In this document: positions 56,926 through 64,000 of the stretch, piece by piece
Numbering within the stretch: position 1 is the first letter of the stretch
Layout: every line of letters starts with the position of its first letter
Assembly (NCBI GenBank): GCA_012295275.1
Contig: CM022671.1
Location: 17,670,001-17,734,000, forward strand
Reading direction: 5' to 3'
Length of the DNA stretch: 64,000 nt
From: Chrysomallon squamiferum
Lineage: Eukaryota > Animalia > Mollusca
Translations under genes and position numbers: made by a program
The notes under the pieces: model-generated
Database searches by the model: none
Told to the model about the DNA's origin: nothing
What the model saw: only the letters and a program-made list of their open reading frames with translations

Positions 56926-58711
56926 TTATAACAGTGGTTTAAGAATACTAATCACAAAACAAAAAAAGTGTACGTATTTCATTTTATCATGTCAAAATTA
57001 CCATTTCAGGATTTTGTATTCACTTTAGTGCCATATTGATCAGTTTATAATAATAGTAATAAATCTTTTGCAGATAAACATTCATAATATGTATTAACAG
57101 TTATATTTACAGAGCTGTTGTAGTAGTGTTGTTTTCCAAAACAATTTATTTTGTTTAATTGCAAAATGTTTAATAACTACGGAATGCAAATTTTCATTTC
57201 TAATCTGTATGTGTATATATACACGCACATGTATATACATTTTTACGTGTGTCAGCTATAATTATGTCCTTCTTTAATTGGAAAACTTTCAGAAAAAAAA
57301 AAAATTAAACATTCATTGCTCATATTTTCTGGGTTATAATTTTATAACAGCCTAGAAGTCAAATAATGTAGTTTGTGAAATGTTTAAACTTGCCAGTTAA
57401 GAGTTTACTCTGCTTATTTATATTTTAGAATTGTATGTGTATCATTTAGTATACCACTATGTTTGATATTTACTTTATATATGATTGTATGACTATGAGT
57501 CTGTTTCTTAAAAACAGCTCATTCCATAAATTACTTACTCACCATGTATCATTGTATCAAATCATGCCAGTATTTATGAAATAAATTATTTTTTTAAAAG
57601 CTTTTTAGACTAAAGTTTCAGTTATATTCTTTTGTTTTGAGTTTTCTAAATAGTACTGAGGTAACAGGAGAGCTGTGAATAAAGAAATATTTTGTATGAT
57701 GCCCAACTGTATTTTATACTGAATAGTTTTAGTCAAAAGAACATACACTATTTTGATGAGATAATAGGAGCCCATTGCTGTTGTTTTATATCGACAGCCA
57801 TTTTTTTCAGTAAGTAGAATCAGTGATCTTCAAATTCATTTCACCAGACATAAAAGCATAGGCTTGGAGAAAAGATGGCAAGAGGAAATGAACAAATGGT
57901 AGCATTATAGGATTGAGCTTGACAAACCAAACATGACAGCAATACTAAAGTCTTAACTAACCATGGATTTACGATTATGAATTGAAGCAGATTAAAAAAC
58001 AGGTAAATCAGGAGAGGAAAAAAAAAAAATGAACAATTCCCATACAATATATAGACTGATTCTTGTTCTTTCATTTTTTTTTTTTTTTTTTTTTAGAACA
58101 TTTTTACTTACACTGTTTATTTAACAAAATTTTCTTGATTGTGATCAAGTAAATCCATTTTTAACTAGTGAAAATTATATATTAAAAATGTTTTTGAAAA
58201 GACACAATCTTCTATCAGCAATTTCATTAAAGCTTTGTTCTTCCAATGTAAGATTCCATCAAATAACCAGTTAAATCAGGGAAGCAGGTTTTGGTTATAA
58301 TAAAGAAGACAAAACAGAAATCATAGATCATATTATACTTTATTACACACACATATCCACAGATCTTTAACTTATACTGCAAAGATTTAGTAAACTCCTT
58401 AAAAAATTTACTGTATTTTTTTTTGGCCAGTTTCAATATCTATTTTTTACAAAAGCAGCAAATAAATTATATTCCATAAATGCAGAACTAAAATCTATTC
58501 TGCAAATAGTGGAACATAATTATGCAGGTTGCATACCTTTAGCAAAAAACCTCAATATTAATATATTTTTCTATTAAACAGTTAATAATAAAATTTCATA
58601 ACAAAACTTTTTACCTTTTTAGTCAATTATTTATAATTTATCGATTTTTCAACACAAAAGATGACAGTAAAATGTTACTATAAGTTCAAAGCACATTTTT
58701 GTTTTTGTTTT

Positions 58712-61546
58712 TCATCTTTGTTGAGGTTTCCAAGACTCTATTTTTGGTCTGACTGTACTGTAGGGCACATACTGGTTGGGAGTTCCAGTCAGATTCTCTG
58801 TGTGATCCATCAACCACTTGTATTTTACTAGAGGTTTTTCTGTAGGAGGTTCATCACGGACATAATGGAGCCAACCATGCCTGAAAGAAAACCCGTTATT
58901 GATTACAAAGAAATGAAATATAATAACATTTCAATACATTTTCATATTAAAGGGTTATTATAAACATGTTTCATTGTACAATATTGATATTCCACAAGAA
59001 GCTAGTCTGGGTTGTTCAGTCAGAAATGATTCTACAAATAATATGGAGCTAGTCATGCCTGAAAAAAACAGTTTTATTGATTATAATTAAAACTGAAAAT
59101 AAATTTGAAAACATCTCAATACATTTTAATATTAATGCATCATTAGATATTGTTGTACAATAAAATGACTCAAATCACTACACTGGGTACACACATGGAC
59201 ATTTTCCTACAAACAAAGTAAACCAAATCATAAAATGCTCATGGGACATGAAACATTTTTAATATAAATATATTCGTTTCTATTTATTATTAAAATTTTA
59301 ATACCACCAGTTATTTTAAAACTTAATTTCAATATCATAAAACGCATCGAGTTTACATCCGTACATTTCAAAATAAAAACGGCATCATATCAGATACTTT
59401 AGAAAATATTTTAGAAAAATTAATATTAAATTAACAAACTTACAGAATTTTAAATCAGAATTTTAGATTGCAGTTATAACTGGCCTTTGTTATTGTGAAC
59501 AAAACAGTTTAAATACAATCTACATACTTAAAACAATTTGTTGTTTTTTCATAACCAAACTACATTATTAATAAATACTAAGTTCATGAACATGTTCAGA
59601 AAATAATCTTTTTTCTTTTTTAATGTTTCAATTTTTTATTTTATGCAAAACTATTCATAATAATATTATAAAAGTGAGTAAAACTGATTATGTGTCTCTT
59701 CATATTTTTTGAATTTGAGAGACAGTATCAGCCTCTGTTATATTTGTAGATTTGTTTTTTTATCTACCCATTTTGCTTCCGAAAGTGATCACCAGACTCA
59801 AACAAAAAAGTATTTAGCAGGTATATATATAACAAATATATTAAAGTTTAAATAAGTTTAAATCAACAAGCACTGACAAAGATTCAAGATGAAAAATGCT
59901 GATAAATTGTTTCTAAAATGAATCTGAAATTAATAATATTACCATTCTGCTGGAATTTGGCTTGCATCATAATCCCAGCCTGCTGCTGGACTATAATCTA
60001 CCCAACGACTACGACCTGAAGAAAAAATATTTTAGCATAAGTTTCTGATAACACTGTTGGTATCACCAGTTCATTTAGCATGCAAACCATACATATTATT
60101 AACAGTAACACTGATATGCATTATTCATAACTAGATTCACAGATAACATACAACTTTTTGAATAATTATATTTGTATTTCAGAGGTAATGATCTTATTAC
60201 AAAAACACAATATTTATTTTTAGTTTTAAAAGCTATGAATCACATTAGCTGGAGATATGCATGAATACAAATGGCTAAATGGCTGTACATTCTATCAGCA
60301 TAATAAACTCTTATCAGTGTCTTGTAAGTCAGGCAAGACTGGAACAAAACTGAAGTGGCAAATATAATTAAAAATATATATATAAATAAATAAATAAAAA
60401 AAAATAATCCAAAACTACTTTAATTATGCTTCATAAAATTTCAAGAATCTGTAATTCCTACTTGTTTCCTTCCTGGAGATACACATATTAAACAACAAAA
60501 ACGAAATGATAATATACCCTAATTATGTAAAATGTTTGTTTGGTTTGAATCTGTTTTAATATCTGCAATTAATTTATTAATTGAAGTTGGTAACTGTTTT
60601 TATATAGTATTAACAGTAGTGTTTCAGATCTCTGGAAAGATTATGAATTTAATTTAAACTTTATAGAAGTTGCTGAAGACCATCAGGTAGCTTTCTAACA
60701 ACATCATTTCATTACATTACAGTAGTGTCTTAGTTTAAATATTCTGATTTAGTAATGATGAATGTCACTCTGAAATATTATCCTGACTCCACATTAATAA
60801 GACAGTAATGTAATAATGTAGGATTTGCTTTTTGGAAGTAATGAGAAGTTAAAATGGTGATCACAAATCATCTGAGCCTAATCGGAATAACTGAATGACA
60901 GTTACTGACGTGGTCTGGATCCTTGATACAAATTCAATAATTAAAATTGTTATACTCATAATACTGTAGATATAATAAAATAAGCAACTACTGACATTAA
61001 ATGTTTATGAATGAAATTATAACAATAGTTTGTTGCTGTTGTTTTGTATGAGTTTTTTTTTTTTGTTGTTGTTGTTGTTGTTGTTGTTTTTTTTATAAAC
61101 TGGCTTACCCATGAAATACATTTTATTTTCATAGTATTTATTTCCAAGTTTGTCCTCTCCAACGAATCTTCCCGTCTTCAACTCATCAGTCCTGATAAAT
61201 ACAATGAATTACGAATATTAACATATTATTTTAAAATTAGTGTTCTGTTACTAAGCTCTAAAGAATCAACGATGCCTAAAACTGTGTTTTGACGTTTGTC
61301 TTCGAAATGACTCAATCGAGTCAATGATTTTTGCCTTTTGGAATTTTCTTATTATCTAATTTTTCCTACTATTACTTAATAACATGACTTTTCAGTATAT
61401 ATATTTTTACAAATAAATAATATCATTTACCTAAAAAACACTAGAAATGATCCTTTTATACCACCATTTTCTTTAATAATCTGATGGCACCTTGAAAATT
61501 TTTCAAGGTACTTTGAAATTCGAAAGAGTTCAAGGTACTTCGACAT
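58712..61546 (-). CDS. NDUFA12: NADH dehydrogenase (ubiquinone) 1 alpha subcomplex subunit 12 (B17.2); 4 exons, 146 aa
   Basis: Exons 61431-61546, 61109-61191, 59943-60015, 58712-58880 (441 nt). Motifs: ENGGIKGS, RTDELKTGRFVGEDKLGNKYYEN, GRSRWVDY, YDASQIPAEWHGWLHY, HTENLTGTPNQYVPYSTVRPKIESWKP. Confidence 0.95.
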
Positions 61547-61698
61547 CTTGAATAAGCTCTATAAACTGTTACTTTTTGCTTTATTAATCAAAGAGAACTC
61601 ATACTGCTAAGCAATCAAGACCAAACTGGTTCACATATATGTTTCGCTGGTTGAACAGTTTCTTGTGCGGTACCAGTTAAAAGTAAGAAACTTTCATC
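61547..61698. promoter_or_regulatory. Very compact bidirectional promoter, NDUFA12/ASZ1
   Basis: Only 152 bp separate the divergent ATGs, with local CpG retention. Confidence 0.72.
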
Positions 61699-62078
61699 AT
61701 GGCTTATCGTCCTGCAGGCGATGAAGATGACTTTGACAACGACGGTTTTTATCTCGATGGAGAAGAAATTCCTGATGATTTTTGCGAGACAAATTATACA
61801 CCATCATTTAAAAATGACATAAAACCTAACAAAAATGAATCATGCATAAGGGCGGTCAGTGCCAAATATTAAATTATATTTATAATTTAAAATTAAATCA
61901 TGAGGAATTAGTCATATGCTAGTTTAAGTAGCAAGTACATTATCAAATGATCAAGCCTAAAGCTAAGTTCTTTATAATATGTATTCCCTGTTATATTTTT
62001 TCGAAAAAAACCACTTTTAAATTTTAATTGGCTTGGAATTAATTGCCAACCAAAATCAAGTGTTTTATATCTAGTTTC

Positions 62079-62122
<44 letters not shown>

Positions 62123-63538
62123 CATAGAACAGTTTTTATTTGACAGTCTTAAAGACTAGGAAGCAAGTTCTTACAATGTTACATACTTTTTTAACCTGGT
62201 TTTATATATTTTTTTATTATTCATATTGTCTATTTATGTAATAATTATAGTAATACAGTTACAAATTAGTGGATTTGAATGTTGTTTAGTTTTATTATTA
62301 ATATATTTCAGATTTGTACTCTGGCATATGTATTTCATTTAAATTTAATAATACTAATATTACACTGATTTCAAAAGCCTCAGCAGAATGGGTTTGGGCG
62401 AAAGCTACCTCAAAAGACAACATATCAACATAACAAAGTGCCAGGGATTTTGCTTGACAAGTTCAGAACTGCAGCTATGCGGGGAAATATTGACATCCTT
62501 GATGAGTGTTTAAAGAAAGGTATTTTTTATTTCTTTATTATTATACAATATTATGGATATATATACATATAATGATATATACTGATACAGTTTAAATACT
62601 AGAAGAACTTTTTTTTTTTTTTTTCTAGTATTTAGACTAGTTGAACAGTATAAGAAATACTGTGTATATATGTTTGTAAATAACGTGTGTGCATGTGTGT
62701 AGTGTATTTATTGTATTCTGAATTTTATTATAGTTAAGGCAACACTAATTATTAAAGTTATAATTTAATAAATTCTTGCAAACACCTTACTGGTTAAAAT
62801 AATTTGCAATCATTTTCATTTTACATTTGATGGAGTAATTATAATCGTGACGCTGCCCCATAATTTTAAAAGTTTTATAATTTTTGGATGGCATTAGTTA
62901 GAAATATTTATTTTCATACTTTTTGTAATTTGGGTCAGTATTTCTTTAGTCTGGATTTTCCATTTCAAATTAGAGATTTAGTTTATACATATTGGCAAGT
63001 AAGACATGCTATGTGCATCAGTAAAAAGAGCTAATCTAAAATTTATGAACTAGACAACAAAAGCTGCTGAAATACAAAGTGGAAAGAGAAACAGAGTTGA
63101 TGTAATGAATTTCTGATTCATTAGTCAAGTCAGGTCTAACATACATAATATCTAGATTGAATAAAATTTATAATTCATGATTACAATATTTATAATTGAT
63201 TAGATGGTCTTTACTTGTATTATAAATGTTAGTATTTATTTATGTCTGATAATACCTACTAAATGTTAATATTTCAAGTCTTTACATATGTTAATATGTG
63301 TAAAATATTTGTAATTCATTTATTTATGTCTGTTAATTTGATACTTAAATATTAAAATGATATCTAAATAGTATCAGGGACAAGACAATATAATTTTCCT
63401 GTGTATTTAATGTAGGAATTGATGTAAACAAGGTTCTTAGGTGTGGTTGGACAGCACTGATGTATGCCTCAACAGATTCCAATCCTTACGTGGTTCAGTT
63501 TCTTCTTGAACATGGAGCAGATCCTAATTTTCATAAAG
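61699..63538 (+). CDS. ASZ1: Ankyrin repeat, SAM and basic leucine zipper protein 1 (GASZ, piRNA pathway); 5' part only (3 exons), continues beyond the window
   Basis: Exons 61699-61854 (MAYRPAGDEDDFDNDGFYLD..., acidic N-terminus), ~62378-62519 (..DKFRTAAMRGNIDILDECLKK) and 63416-63538 (GIDVNKVLRCGWTALMYASTDSNPYVVQFLLEHGADPNFHK). The acidic N-terminus plus a GWT-LMYA ankyrin repeat ending GAxxxFxK fits ASZ1. The SAM domain is not in the window, so another ankyrin protein cannot be fully excluded. Confidence 0.75.
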
Positions 63539-64000
63539 GTAGAGCTTTTCTGTGATACCTCTCTGTTGTTTAACATCACAGTTACAGGTCCTAATTTTCA
63601 TATTGATGATAAAACTTTTCATCACTGTTATTTAGCATGACAGTTATACAGAAGAATTCATTGTTCTGTAACAAAATCCAGTTAGTGTTTTAGTATTACA
63701 CAATATTATAAAACTTCTTATTTCTTCAGTATTTCACAGTTCTTTGATACAGTACATCTCTTTATTAGATCACAGTCATTTGAACAATTCTGTTTAACAT
63801 AAAACTTTTTTTTCTTTTTTTTTAAAAACTATGCAGTAGTTGTCAACATAAGAAATTTTTTAACATAAACTGTTCTTTGTGTCAATGGTTTTTGATGCAA
63901 CACAGATCTACATATTTCATGTCTTGTATTAACAGATATGACTATACTTAGGTATGGAGCTAATTTGCAAATCAGATTGGAACTTGTGTTTATTAGTGAA

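Overview
AT-rich, microsatellite-dense animal genomic DNA. It is intron-rich and probably from a gastropod mollusc, an inference from degenerate SINE-like fragments that I could not verify. Reading splice sites and frames by hand gives five protein-coding genes: GRIPAP1 (minus strand, 28 exons, about 850 aa), ALG12 (plus strand, 9 coding exons, 477 aa, with one U12-type minor intron), a LIAT1-like gene (2 exons, 282 aa), NDUFA12 (minus strand, 4 exons, 146 aa) and the first 3 exons of ASZ1/GASZ. GRIPAP1/ALG12 and NDUFA12/ASZ1 are head-to-head pairs. The first ~10 kb is non-coding and visibly richer in CpG. Most ORFs in the supplied track are microsatellite or low-complexity artefacts. I found no clearly novel multi-gene system. 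The best leads are a candidate frame-compensating microexon pair (22+5 nt) in GRIPAP1, four tandem duplications that copy splice sites, the 152-bp NDUFA12/ASZ1 shared promoter, an invertebrate LIAT1, and enhancer-like islands in the enlarged 3' introns of GRIPAP1.
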